This document shows positions 15,001 to 24,774 of a DNA stretch of 64,000 nucleotides, one piece after another; positions within the stretch are counted from its first letter, which is position 1; each line of letters opens with the position of its first letter. A model generated the notes under the pieces. The model saw only the letters and a program-made list of their open reading frames with translations. It did no database searches and was not told the origin of the DNA. The stretch is from the NCBI GenBank assembly GCA_024276125.1, contig JAJRXT010000085.1, positions 20,580 through 84,579 on the forward strand, written 5' to 3'. The translations under genes were made by a program, and so were the position numbers. This DNA comes from a bacterium (lineage in GTDB: Bacteria > SZUA-182 > SZUA-191 > JAJRXT01).

Positions 15001-16707
15001 TCCAATAAAACAGCGGTGACTAATGGTACGGCCATATTGTGTGATGACACTGTAAACACCAATTGCAGCGTGGGTTATACCCTGCAAACCAGTACCACTT
15101 ACTGGTGGAAAGTCAACAGTAATACCAACTGCGGTGATACTACCGTGGATACGAGTATTTACAGCTTTAGTACAACAAGTGCTGTAAGTTGTAATTTTAC
15201 GGTATGTACGGAAGCGCATTGTAATAATCCGGGTTCCGGTTATTATCAGAGTATACAAGGCGCAATAGATGCCTCCAGTAATACTGATACAATTTGCGTA
15301 TCCAATGGCGCTTATACGGAGAATATCGACTTTAAGGGTAAGGCTATTACCGTACAGTCTATGAACGGGGCGGCTAATGCCATAATTCAGGCTAATACTA
15401 ATGATTCGGTGGTGCATTTTATGACTGGTGAGACCTCGACCAGCATATTAGACGGATTTACCGTTAAAGGCGGAACTTATGGCCACGGCGGTGTCGGCGG
15501 CGGGATTTATATAGGCAATGGATCGCCTACCATTCAAAACTGTACAATTAGGGATAATTATACTACTACTTACAGTAATGGCGGCGGCGGTATATTTGTA
15601 GATACCAGCGGTTATGTTACGCTTACCAATTGCAACATATTAAGTAATAAGAGCAGATACGGCGGCGGACTAAGGCTCATGGGTACGGCCACTGATTCTA
15701 CCATTACCAGTTGTCTGTTTAGGAATAACAGCGGCGATCCGGCTGCCAGCGGTATGGGCGGCGGGCTTTATGCCAGCGGTAATGTAACTGTTGACAGTTC
15801 TATTTTTACCGATAACTTAGCCGGTCAGAATGGCGGCGGTATATACTTAACTAACAGTAAAACACTTACGATTACTAATACTAGGATCAGCGGTAATTAT
15901 ACCTCTCAGTTTGACGGCGGCGGTTTCTATCTGGATGATAATACTTTGGTCACCATGTCTAATACCATTATTACCAGTAATTACGCTCGTTACGGCGGCG
16001 GTATACTTGGCGACCCGGGCGCAGATATGAAGATATACAGTTGCAGCTTAAGAAATAATATGGCTTCAATAAGCGGTCTTGACGGCGTGGCGATTAAGCT
16101 AAACGGCGGTGATTTTGTACTCAAAGATTCTGTGTTATACAGTAATGCGGCCAGAGGCGGCGGCGGTATCTATATGAGCGGAACATTTTCTGTTGCGGCT
16201 GTTATTGAGAATACAACCTTTGGCAGGAATAGGACTAAATACAGCACTTCTGCCTGGCCTAGAGGCGGCGGTATTAACCTTAGTGATGCAACTTTGAATA
16301 TTACAAATTGTACCTTTAGTGAAAACTGGGCATTTGGCGGCGGCGGAGCTATTAAGGTAAACAGCGGTACGCTGACTGTTAAGAATTCTATATTGTACGG
16401 GGATACGGCGGATAACGGCTCTGCTGAAATAGAGGGTACGGCAACAGTGACCTATTCGGATGTTCAAGGCGGGTATACCGGTACTGGTAATATTAATTCT
16501 GATCCGCTGTTTGTAGGCAGCGGGGATTATCATATAGTATGCAGCGATCCGGTCAACAATTGTTCGCCGTGTATAGACAGAGCGACCAGTACCGGAGCGC
16601 CGGATCATGATATTGATAAAGAGGCCAGACCGTATGATTATAATGACACTTACAGACCGAATAATCCATCTGCATACGATATGGGCTCAGATGAATACAG
16701 ACCATAG
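1..16707 (+). CDS. Giant secreted/surface protein with right-handed parallel beta-helix repeats, discoidin (F5/8-like), LamG and FN3 modules; 5'-partial; interrupted by TAG at 8259-8261 and a +1 frameshift at about 14243-14249
   Basis: The frame is open from base 3. Dozens of 'I..N.I..N...GIG' beta-helix turns. The LamG motif YFDGQVD*VVIYKRAL..SEI continues in frame across the TAG. FN3 (IDLSWTAS..YEI.Y..GLQPNTTYY). Two 'DP.F....DYHI...SPC.D.....YDMG.DE' terminal motifs. Confidence 0.8.
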
Positions 16708-16724
16708 AGGCTGTGTTGTAATTA

Positions 16725-16944
16725 ACCTGAGTTCGGTATAAGTACACCAACATATTGTTATATATCAACGTGAGTTCGACATAAGAAATATTAAAATATT
16801 ATTACATATCAACTAATTGATGTAAATCAATGTAGGGGAGGGGCTTGTCCCCTCCCGCGCTGGTGCGGCTTGTCTAATCCCATAGGACAAGCCGTAAGCC
16901 CCTACAAATTAATAAAATCAACAAATTTTATGTCGAACTCAGGT
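16725..16944. mobile_element. Small MITE-like insertion with terminal inverted repeats, nested in another repeat element
   Basis: ACCTGAGTTCG...CGAACTCAGGT ends, flanked on both sides by TAATTA; contains an internal TGTAGGGG...CCCCTACA palindrome (16831-16886). Confidence 0.6.
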
Positions 16945-17300
16945 TAATTAGAAAAATTATTATTTCCTGTCATTCCCACGAAAACGGGAATCCATAAGTT
17001 CATAGTATAGTAAATCCAATTTTAAAGCTAAAGAAAACAATCCGTTTCTTATAGCCTAACAAGTGTCAGATTTTTAGAATCTGATACCACAAGTCTGCAC
17101 CAAAGGTGCGATATCTTCTTGAAAAAACTGGATTCCTGCCTTTGAAATATCTATTAACCAAGAGCATGTCAAACAGTTTTATCCTGGCAAAAAGATTATG
17201 TAGCTCTATTGAGTAAGGTTTTTTTGGTCAGCCAGTTTTTTGTTAAGTTCTTGAGCTGGAGTTTGCATGTTAATTCCTCCATGAGGGCGTTGGCAGTTAT

Positions 17301-17338
17301 CACGGTAGTCGGGCTCGTCCCTGAGCCTGACTACCGTG
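17301..17338. other. Strong hairpin (possible terminator or regulatory stem)
   Basis: CACGGTAGTCGGGCTC-gtccct-GAGCCTGACTACCGTG near-perfect inverted repeat, followed by GTTTTT on the + strand. Confidence 0.5.
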
Positions 17339-17515
17339 TGTTTTTGAATGCAACTTGGTATTAGTTAGCTTGCGAAAAAGTAACTCTTGGGCACGATGGC
17401 ACAAGCTGTTACTAGGCGCTCAAAGAGCCGCCCTTCCCATTTTCAACGATTAAAGCGATAACAAAATTCATCTAAATAATCTTGTAAATGTTTGCGGTCT
17501 ATGCCATGAAAAGGT

Positions 17516-17674
17516 ATGAAAAGTGCAAGAGCATTAACAAGAACTAAAATACTTCTTCTTATTAATAAAGGAGATAGCAAAACAACAACAAGCATTCTGG
17601 ATATAAGCAGGCATACTGTTTCTTATATCAAAGAAAAATATAGGAATGAAGGCTTAAGGCCGCATATTTCATAA
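17516..17674 (+). pseudogene. Remnant of an IS630-family transposase N-terminal HTH
   Basis: Translates MKSARALTRTKILLL..GD......LDISRHTV..IKEKYRNEGL, resembling the IS630 'AR..RA.ILLL..G...IA..L.VS..TV....RY..EG' pattern; truncated. Confidence 0.55.
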
Positions 17675-18062
17675 AACATTGCAATTGTTTGTTAAAATGG
17701 CTTATAAAACAATAGAATAAGCCAATATCTAAGAAAATATAATTTGTATTTTTACGCTTCCAATAGAAAGTTTGTAAAATACAAACTATATTTTAAAGAA
17801 CCTCTGTAAGTATATATAAAAGGTATTGTATGTAAAATAATCTGTGCAAAAATTAAACATGTAAAGATGCTAGACAGCGCTTTATAAATAAATAGGATTA
17901 TACTCTGCGCTTTAAAATGACATATTAGGATAAAATAAACGCAAAGACTTACAAAAGGATGTACTGGTTCTTGATAATAGGTACAACGCGTACATAAAAG
18001 TTTCTGTACCTCAATGCAAGTTGTTATGGATTTGATTAGCAAAATCAATGAGAGGTAAAGCG

Positions 18063-19421
18063 ATGAAAAATTACCTGTGGTTTAGCAAAAAAATTGTAGG
18101 AAAAATTTTTTGCGTTTGTATTATATACATTTTATTTACACCTTGTACATCTTTAAGCGCAGAGGCTGTACCCAAAACTTTTGAAGTTGCTTTTGAGCAA
18201 GACCCTTATGAATTGGTAATGACGGCGGAAAAATACCGCATGGAATTTGTTAAAGATGATCTGGAAAAAAATTTCTACGATACCTATTTTGATAATGCCT
18301 TGAAATTATATGATAAAGCGCTGTTTAGAGACCCTAATTTTGGCTATGGTTACTTAAGTTATGGCTACTTATATTTGCTGGGCGCCGAGTATTATAATAA
18401 AAAGAAGGATGCTTTATATAAAAAAGCTGAGGCATGTTTTATACAGTCGGCAAGTGTAAGACCGAGCTATATTGAGCCCTATTATTATTTATTTCAAGTT
18501 TATACATTACAAGAGAAGTGGGATAAGGCTGATGAGATTCTGTTAAAATATAGCAATAAAAGCCAGTTTGATTCATATTATTATGCCTGGCTGGGGTACC
18601 GTATTATCTTGGAAAATGATGATAATAAGCAGGCGGCTTATAAAGAGTATAAAAAAGCAATAAAGCTTAATACCCATCCGGCGCCGTTTAATTGGGCTAA
18701 TAAGTACATTAACAAATCATGGGGGTATATACCGCATCCTCCATTTCCAATTCCTACTTTATTAAAAAGAGAGATTCACCCTTCTTCATTAAATATGACG
18801 CTTGAAATTAACTTGTTTGAAGATCAAACAAGGAAGGTAAGAAACTTAAAAAAGGTTGTCCCTAGGCTGCTTGCTACTGTCCTCTTTAAAAGAGGACGCT
18901 TTGAGATAGTTCAAAGCAATATAATCAAGGATAAACAAAGCGCCGATTTGGATGCGGTTATTATCGGAGATTTTGTCCGTATAAATACACAAAAAAAAGA
19001 ACTTCTATTGGACATCAAGGCGGTTAATCCTCAAACAGGGCAGGTTTTATTGGCCGAGTCTCTAAGCATGCCATACACAGAAAAGGGCAAAGAAGTGGAG
19101 GTCAGTCAAAAGGAAATTGAAAAAACGGCTGATATGATAGAGATAAAACTGGCCAAAATGGAAGGCAGAATTATACGTATTAAAGGCGAATATATTACCG
19201 TAAATATGGGAAAACAACAAGGGATAAAATCCGGCCTTAAAGCATATATTCTGGATAAGGAACTTAGAATTTCCGACCCTCAGGCAATGGAAATACTAAA
19301 TAAAGAAATATTCATCGGAGAGATTATATTTGAAGTAGTAGGAGATGAAATTTCCGAAGCCAAACTACTAACCAAGGGAAGAATTTCTGCTAAAATAGGC
19401 AATATAGTAATTCTCAAGTGA
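18063..19421 (+). CDS. Exported TPR protein with CsgG/TolB-N-like and FlgT-C-like C-terminal domains
   Basis: GAGGT RBS, signal-peptide-like N-terminus, TPR helices (ALKLYDKAL..DPNF), 'GRFEIV...DAVIIG....LDIKAVNPQTGQVL', and 'EGRII...GEYITVNMGKQQGIK.G'. Confidence 0.6.
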   Translation: MKNYLWFSKKIVGKIFCVCIIYILFTPCTSLSAEAVPKTFEVAFEQDPYELVMTAEKYRMEFVKDDLEKNFYDTYFDNALKLYDKALFRDPNFGYGYLSYGYLYLLGAEYYNKKKDALYKKAEACFIQSASVRPSYIEPYYYLFQVYTLQEKWDKADEILLKYSNKSQFDSYYYAWLGYRIILENDDNKQAAYKEYKKAIKLNTHPAPFNWANKYINKSWGYIPHPPFPIPTLLKREIHPSSLNMTLEINLFEDQTRKVRNLKKVVPRLLATVLFKRGRFEIVQSNIIKDKQSADLDAVIIGDFVRINTQKKELLLDIKAVNPQTGQVLLAESLSMPYTEKGKEVEVSQKEIEKTADMIEIKLAKMEGRIIRIKGEYITVNMGKQQGIKSGLKAYILDKELRISDPQAMEILNKEIFIGEIIFEVVGDEISEAKLLTKGRISAKIGNIVILK

Positions 19422-19473
19422 ATTATTGTATGTTAAGGTAAGTTTGGCATAATTAACTTATTTATAAAGGATA

Positions 19474-19696
19474 AAACCTTGGGGGAAACCCTTCTTAAAA
19501 GAAGGGTTATCCCCCAAACCCCCTTCCCAAGAACTTTAATTCAAGGAATTTGGGTGGCGGCACATATTATCTTGCAATAATATTTATAACTGTCATTATT
19601 GTGCCGCCAGCCAAATTCCTTTAGATTGAAAGTTTTTGGGAGGAGTGTGAGGAACACTTTTTTCAAAAAGGGTTGCTCACGGTTTTGTCTTTTACA
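19474..19696. repeat. About 220-bp multi-hairpin MITE/REPIN-like element, copy 1
   Basis: Highly similar reverse-complement copy at about 60866-61089; internal palindromes such as AAGGAATTTGG.TGGCGGCACA...TGTGCCGCCAGCCAAATTCCTT. Confidence 0.85.
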
Positions 19697-19828
19697 AATA
19701 AATTTAATCAATCATGCCGAATTCACGTTTTTTCAACATCCTCCACAAAATCCGCAGGTAAAAATGTATAACAAATAATTTCCCCTGCTTTCTGGCCGAT
19801 ATGCTCTATCCTGAAGGTACACATTGAG

Positions 19829-19854
19829 TCAGATTAACTCCCGAATTGTTCGGG
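19829..19854. repeat. 26-bp dispersed repeat TCAGATTAACTCCCGAATT(G/A)TTCGGG (also 43032-43057 reverse and 54991-55016)
   Basis: Three near-identical copies seen directly. Confidence 0.8.
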
Positions 19855-19890
19855 CGATTAATCAACCAATGTTTATTTTGGGGAAAGTAT

Positions 19891-19940
19891 TTGACATTAA
19901 ATACTCTAAATGGTAATATTATAACTGAACAGTTGTTCAG
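19891..19940 (+). promoter_or_regulatory. Sigma70 promoter with SmtB/ZiaR-type operator
   Basis: TTGACA(19891)-17 bp-TAATAT(19914), then palindrome CTGAACAGTTGTTCAG (19925-19940), close to the SmtB box TGAACAGTTATTCA. Confidence 0.8.
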
Positions 19941-19989
19941 ACGTTAAATTGTATGCTCTCGCAAATTAAGATAGCTGGAGGTATTAAAG

Positions 19990-20256
19990 ATGTACAAACT
20001 AAATGTAAAGGCGCTGGCTGTTGCGCTAGGCGTTTTATGGTCGGTTTGTATGTTATTTGCCGGTTGGGGCTCCATGTTTGGCTGGGGAGGAAAACTTGTT
20101 GAAGTGATGGCTTCTGTTTATATTGGGTACACACCGACTTTTTGGGGCGCTCTGATCGGAGCAATGTGGGGATTTATTGACGGCGCAATCGGGGGAGCAA
20201 TAATCGCTTTTGTCTATAATATTATTGCCCGGGAAAAAACAGCTGCTCGTGTATAA
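19990..20256 (+). CDS. Small Gly-rich membrane protein (family often labelled 'bacteriophage holin')
   Basis: GGAGG RBS; KLNVKALAVALGVLW...YIGY.PT..GALIG..WGFIDG..GG.IIA.VYN pattern; hydrophobic helices. Confidence 0.7.
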   Translation: MYKLNVKALAVALGVLWSVCMLFAGWGSMFGWGGKLVEVMASVYIGYTPTFWGALIGAMWGFIDGAIGGAIIAFVYNIIAREKTAARV

Positions 20257-20268
20257 AAGGGAGAATAA

Positions 20269-20634
20269 GTGCTGATGAAAAAAAACAAGGATACCTGCGA
20301 AATAAAGTTTGTTGATAAAGAAAAAGTAGATAGAGCCAGAAAATTAATGCGTTCAGATGATATCATCATCCGGCTGGCAGAGACATTTAAGGTTTTGGGC
20401 GACCCCACCAGAACCAAAATAATATCAGCCTTGTTGGCCGAAGAGCTGTGTGTTTGTGATATTGCCAATCTTCTTAATATGAGCGATTCGGCCATATCAC
20501 ATCAACTGCGTATCTTGAGAAATCTTAGGTTGGTAAAGTATCGCAGAGAAGGGAAGATGGCCTTCTATTCACTGGATGATCGGCATATAAATGAACTGTT
20601 TGAACACGGTTTGGAGCATGTAAGCGAAAGATAA
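20269..20634 (+). CDS. ArsR/SmtB-family metalloregulator (CadC/ZiaR-like)
   Basis: FKVLGDPTR.KI, ELCVCDIA, SAISHQLR.LR; N-terminal DTC; alpha5 site DDRH....EH..E. Confidence 0.95.
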   Translation: MLMKKNKDTCEIKFVDKEKVDRARKLMRSDDIIIRLAETFKVLGDPTRTKIISALLAEELCVCDIANLLNMSDSAISHQLRILRNLRLVKYRREGKMAFYSLDDRHINELFEHGLEHVSER

Positions 20635-20651
20635 TTTTTTTGCAAAATTGA

Positions 20652-20667
20652 TTGAACAGTTGTTCAA
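20652..20667 (+). promoter_or_regulatory. Second SmtB-type operator, between regulator and permease
   Basis: TTGAACAGTTGTTCAA, same core as 19925-19940. Confidence 0.7.
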
Positions 20668-20696
20668 GCATAACGATAATAATTGGGAGAGACCAT

Positions 20697-21752
20697 ATGC
20701 TGGAAGTCTTGAAAGAGATTGTCTTGGCAACCATACAAATTTTTAATGAAGCCGCTATTTACATCCTGTTCGGCTTCTTCATAGCTGGGCTGTTATATAT
20801 ATATTATCCTAAGGAAAAGGTGGTTAAGAGCCTGGGTAAAAAAGGATTTGGCTCGACTTTCAGAGCAGCTGTTATGGGAATACCCCTGCCGCTGTGTTCC
20901 TGCGGTGTAATCCCCACCGCTTTGTCTTTAAGGAAACAGGGAGCCAGCCGGGGCGCTACCCTCTCCTTTCTCATTTCCACCCCGGAAACAGGGGTGGATT
21001 CCATTGCCATAACCTATGCCTTAGTCGATCCCATAATGACCGTTTTTAGGCCAATGGCTGCCTTCTTGACCGCCATGTTTGCCGGCATTGCCGAAAACAT
21101 ATTTGTTTCTTCGGAGGATGAGGCGTCTGATATAGATTCTCATCAGTGTTCTACTTGTGGAAATTCAGATGCGGATAATCATACTCATAGCCATAAGGTA
21201 AAATTTAAAAAAGCTATGGAATATGCTTTTGTGGATTTAGTGGGCGATATATCCAAGTGGCTTATTATCGGCATAGTGTTATCCGGCATTATTTCCGCCG
21301 CCATACCCAAAGGTTTTTTTGAAAACTATCTGGGCAGCGGAATATTATCCATGCTGGTTATGTTGGTGGTGGGTATCCCTTTATACATATGCGCCACCGC
21401 CTCCACGCCAATTGCGGCCGTTCTGATTTTAAAGGGGTTATCCCCCGGCGCAGCTTTAGTGCTCTTGTTGGCCGGCCCGGCTACCAATATGGCCACCATT
21501 CTGGTCATCGGCAAAGAAATGGGCAAAAAAACACTTGCTATTTATTTAAGCAGTATTGCATTTATGAGTATTTTTTTTGGCTTATTGTTAAACCAGGTCT
21601 ATTCTTATCTGGGGGTCAATGTTTTGGCCAGTGTTGGTAAAGCCAGCGAGGTTATTCCAGGTATTATAAAAATTGTGGGTTCAGTCATTCTGGCGGGGCT
21701 AATGGCCTATAGCATGAGCAGAAGGAAAAGGCATTGCGGCAAGCAAGAATAA
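20697..21752 (+). CDS. SO_0444/ArsP (DUF318)-type heavy-metal permease
   Basis: PLPLCSCGVIP, FLISTPETGVDSI, PLYICATASTP, LLAGPATN motifs; His/Cys-rich loop; start reassigned to the ATG after GGGAGAG. Confidence 0.9.
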   Translation: MLEVLKEIVLATIQIFNEAAIYILFGFFIAGLLYIYYPKEKVVKSLGKKGFGSTFRAAVMGIPLPLCSCGVIPTALSLRKQGASRGATLSFLISTPETGVDSIAITYALVDPIMTVFRPMAAFLTAMFAGIAENIFVSSEDEASDIDSHQCSTCGNSDADNHTHSHKVKFKKAMEYAFVDLVGDISKWLIIGIVLSGIISAAIPKGFFENYLGSGILSMLVMLVVGIPLYICATASTPIAAVLILKGLSPGAALVLLLAGPATNMATILVIGKEMGKKTLAIYLSSIAFMSIFFGLLLNQVYSYLGVNVLASVGKASEVIPGIIKIVGSVILAGLMAYSMSRRKRHCGKQE

Positions 21753-22070
21753 GGGATTAAGCAAAATTTTAGATGCAAAAATGTGGGAGTTAGCGTTTTT
21801 TGTTTTAGTCTTCGTGCAGGTAATGGAAACAATGCCGTCTGTTACGCTAGGGTGCAGGTAGGTAGACTACCATATGTGGCAGGTAGTTTTTGCAAACTAT
21901 GTAAACGGTAAATTTTATCAAGAGGGCTTACGACACAGTCTTTTCATTCAGAATGACAACTATAGAAGTGAACAGCCCTGTAAAATAATCTTAAACTATT
22001 TGTGTCTTTTGCGGTAAAAAAAGCTATTACTACTGCACAAGATATGACCTTGTGTAGTATAACCATTCTT

Positions 22071-22523
22071 TTAATCGGCAGCGTGTTTTGCTAAAAAGCT
22101 GTCAAGTTGATTTGCAAAAGCCTGGTGATCTTTTTTGCAAAATGGCGGCGAGCCGCTGATTATTTCTCCGGCGCTTCTTAGCTCATGCATGAAATTGCGA
22201 ATAGACAGATATTCAGAAACATTATCTTGCGTATATAGCTTTCCTCTAGGGTTAAGCGCATAGCCGCCTTTTTTGATAACCTCTGCGGCAAGGGGAATAT
22301 CCGCTGTAATAACCAGGTCCCCCCGTTGTACTTTTCGTACGATTTCCTTATCCGCTTCATCAAAACCGGCGCGGACCTGGATAGTCTCAATGTAAGGCGA
22401 CAGCGGAGTTCGCAAAGCACAATTAGCCAATAATATAACGGATATTTTTAACCTATCGGCGGCACGAAATAGAATCTCTTTAATAACTTTGGGGCAGGCA
22501 TCTGCGTCAACCCATATTTGCAT
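22071..22523 (-). CDS. yaiI: YaiI/YqxD (DUF188) family protein
   Basis: [27 protein letters not shown] motifs. Confidence 0.9.
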   Translation of the reverse strand: MQIWVDADACPKVIKEILFRAADRLKISVILLANCALRTPLSPYIETIQVRAGFDEADKEIVRKVQRGDLVITADIPLAAEVIKKGGYALNPRGKLYTQDNVSEYLSIRNFMHELRSAGEIISGSPPFCKKDHQAFANQLDSFLAKHAAD

Positions 22524-23155
22524 CTAATTTTCTCCAAATAAAGAAGGTCTTTCTGTGATAGTTCCTTATATAGCGCCTTTTTCGGCTATAATCAGTATAC
22601 TATCATTCATGTTACACGTCAATTTGAACAGAGATTATTTCACTTGAAAGTTATTATAAATCTGCTGACACTCATAGTCAGTTTGAATTAAATAGCTGGG
22701 TATTCTAACGATACAGGCAATAATATCAATATGATAAGTAATGCCTGTTTGTGTTAAGCAGTGGGTCAGGCACAAAATGCTTTTCTTAAGAGCTTGAGAG
22801 GTTTTAGTTTGCGATTTATGCCAAAATCGAAGCAAAACGACTATCACAAACAATGGACAAAGAATATCAGAAAGTAGATAAAATCCCGTAACCTTTTATA
22901 AATATTATACAAATAAAAAAAGGCCACGGCTATTGTCTAACCATGACCTTTTGTTAAATATACTGATTATGTATTTATAATCAACAAGTTACTGGCTACC
23001 TAGGGCAAGCCTTCTTATTAATGACTCTCTGTTTTTTGACTCATTAAAAAGACAACGCGTTTAAATCAAAACTATTTTGGTCACATTGCCAAATTTAACT
23101 CATTCAGCGGGAATGAACAACGCCATTATTAATCAATAATTACAACCGATTAAGA

Positions 23156-23243
23156 TGGTGCCGGAGGTCGGAATCGAACCGACACGGACGCAAGGTCCGC
23201 GGGATTTTGAGTCCCGTGCGTCTACCAATTTCACCACTCCGGC
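23156..23243 (-). tRNA. tRNA-Leu (CAA)
   Basis: GCCGGAG acceptor, TGGTAGAC D-loop, anticodon loop CT-CAA-AA, long variable arm, GGTTCGATTCC T-arm, encoded CCA. Confidence 0.97.
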
Positions 23244-23331
23244 TTACTAATTACCTAAAACACCAAGATATTTCATGTATTATTTATAAAGCAAAATGAC
23301 TATTGAGTTAGCCAGCTAAACACTTTATCTT

Positions 23332-23486
23332 AGAGACTGTGTCATAATTAGAAAAATCGCTTTTTTCCTGTCATTCCTGCGGAGGTAGGAATCCATAACT
23401 CATTTAAAAGACTGAATTCCTGCCTCCGCAGGAATGACAATTTGAGAGCATTTTTCAGGTTATGGGCAGTTGTGACGCAACCTCTT
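23332..23486. repeat. About 155-bp MITE/REP element with GTCATTCCTGCGGAGG(C/T)AGGAATCC core; copies at about 31340-31492 (reverse) and 38046-38200, partial at 16706-16998, 25060-25130, 43830-43902, 55019-55056
   Basis: Shared GAG(G/A)CTGTGTC(G/A)TAA ends and paired GTCATTCC...GGAATGAC palindromes. Confidence 0.8.
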
Positions 23487-23802
23487 AGGGCTTGGTTAAA
23501 TTAACAGTACAAATTTACACAATGTATCAAAACATAACCTGCACTATCTTTTATCGAAGAGAAGCTGGCGTTAGTTTGCTGGAAATAACGCAACTTTAAG
23601 CCTAAAAAATATTAGGTTTTCTGATAGTTTCTTAAAACCAGCATACATTCTGAAAAACACATCTACAGGGACATAGTCTGTTCAGTTCATCAAAAAAAAT
23701 ATTCCCAAATACTGCCTAAGTTTAACATTCTGAATTTAAGGAATCAAGTAAAAAGTAATTATACAAATAGAAACCATCAAGAATAAATACAATATAATAT
23801 GT

Positions 23803-24774
23803 TTATGCGGCAGGCTGGTATAATGGTTCACCATTGGAATTATAGGCATTTATCAGAGCATTTTTAAAATTATACATATTATCGTTTTTTGTACTCAAAT
23901 CAATCCCTTTTTTGTGTAGCAGCTGGGTTATTTGTTGCGGTAATGATTTATCTGCAGCTAATTGACTTAAGCAGGATGCAGCATCTTCCAGATATTCATC
24001 TCTGATTACGCTAAAACGTATGACCATATATAACCCTACTTTTTTTATTGTTTTTACCTCAAATAACATTTGAGGCCGCCGTGTATTGATTATTTCCACC
24101 AACCCCATAATAGGTAAATAATTTTGTAGATTAAGGCTGTCAGATAATACTAATTCTATAGTCGGCATGGATTTAAACAATATCTCAAACTGCCCGGGAG
24201 ACAAATTCTGCCTGCTCTTGTTTTTGACCGTTTTATCCCAGGCGCTGTTACAATTATATATGTGTTCGGCTATAATACCTTCTATACGCCAGCCAACATG
24301 AGAAATACCCCATATATTGGCGCCGGTAATATTTGTACCGCGAAGGTCTGCTTTATCCAGTACAGCATCGGAAAGATCAACGTCAATAAGTTCAACCCCT
24401 CTTAAATCGGCGCCTTCTAAGTCCACTTCTCTAAGATCTGCTTGGTTTAATTGGGCGCGGCTTAGATTGGCAACGCTAAGATCGGCCTCTCTTAAGTCGG
24501 CTTTGTTTAAGTTGGCTTTTCTAAGATAAGCCCCTCCTAAATTAGCTCCCCATAAATCAGCGCCTTCTAAATCGGCATTTTTAAGATCAGCTTCAGCAAG
24601 GTTAGCTCCCCGCAAATAGGCGCCTTTTAGATTTGTACCTCTTAAATTGGCTCCCCACAAATCTGCCTTTTCAAGGTTTGCCCCCCATAAATCAAGCCCT
24701 TGGAGGTTTGCTCCTTCTAAACTAATACCTGTTTTTATTTTTTCAATAACTTCTTTTCTGGTATACTGGCTCAT
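23803..24774 (-). CDS. Pentapeptide-repeat protein with unknown C-terminal domain
   Basis: Long A(N/D)L.. pentapeptide series over roughly the first 155 residues. Confidence 0.9.
   Translation of the reverse strand: MSQYTRKEVIEKIKTGISLEGANLQGLDLWGANLEKADLWGANLRGTNLKGAYLRGANLAEADLKNADLEGADLWGANLGGAYLRKANLNKADLREADLSVANLSRAQLNQADLREVDLEGADLRGVELIDVDLSDAVLDKADLRGTNITGANIWGISHVGWRIEGIIAEHIYNCNSAWDKTVKNKSRQNLSPGQFEILFKSMPTIELVLSDSLNLQNYLPIMGLVEIINTRRPQMLFEVKTIKKVGLYMVIRFSVIRDEYLEDAASCLSQLAADKSLPQQITQLLHKKGIDLSTKNDNMYNFKNALINAYNSNGEPLYQPAA

Noticed and set aside
312-16768. Many 60-190 aa ORFs antisense or out of frame within the giant gene
   Set aside because: Shadow ORFs of a long coding frame; no motifs or RBS.
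19829-19854. c-di-AMP (ydaO) riboswitch, from the GTCAGATTAACTCCCG similarity
   Set aside because: The upstream conserved ydaO elements are absent and the sequence recurs as a short dispersed repeat.
19990-20256. Prophage, suggested by the holin-like gene and the excisionase-like HTH at 43389
   Set aside because: No integrase, terminase, capsid or endolysin context; the two genes are far apart in metal-related operons.
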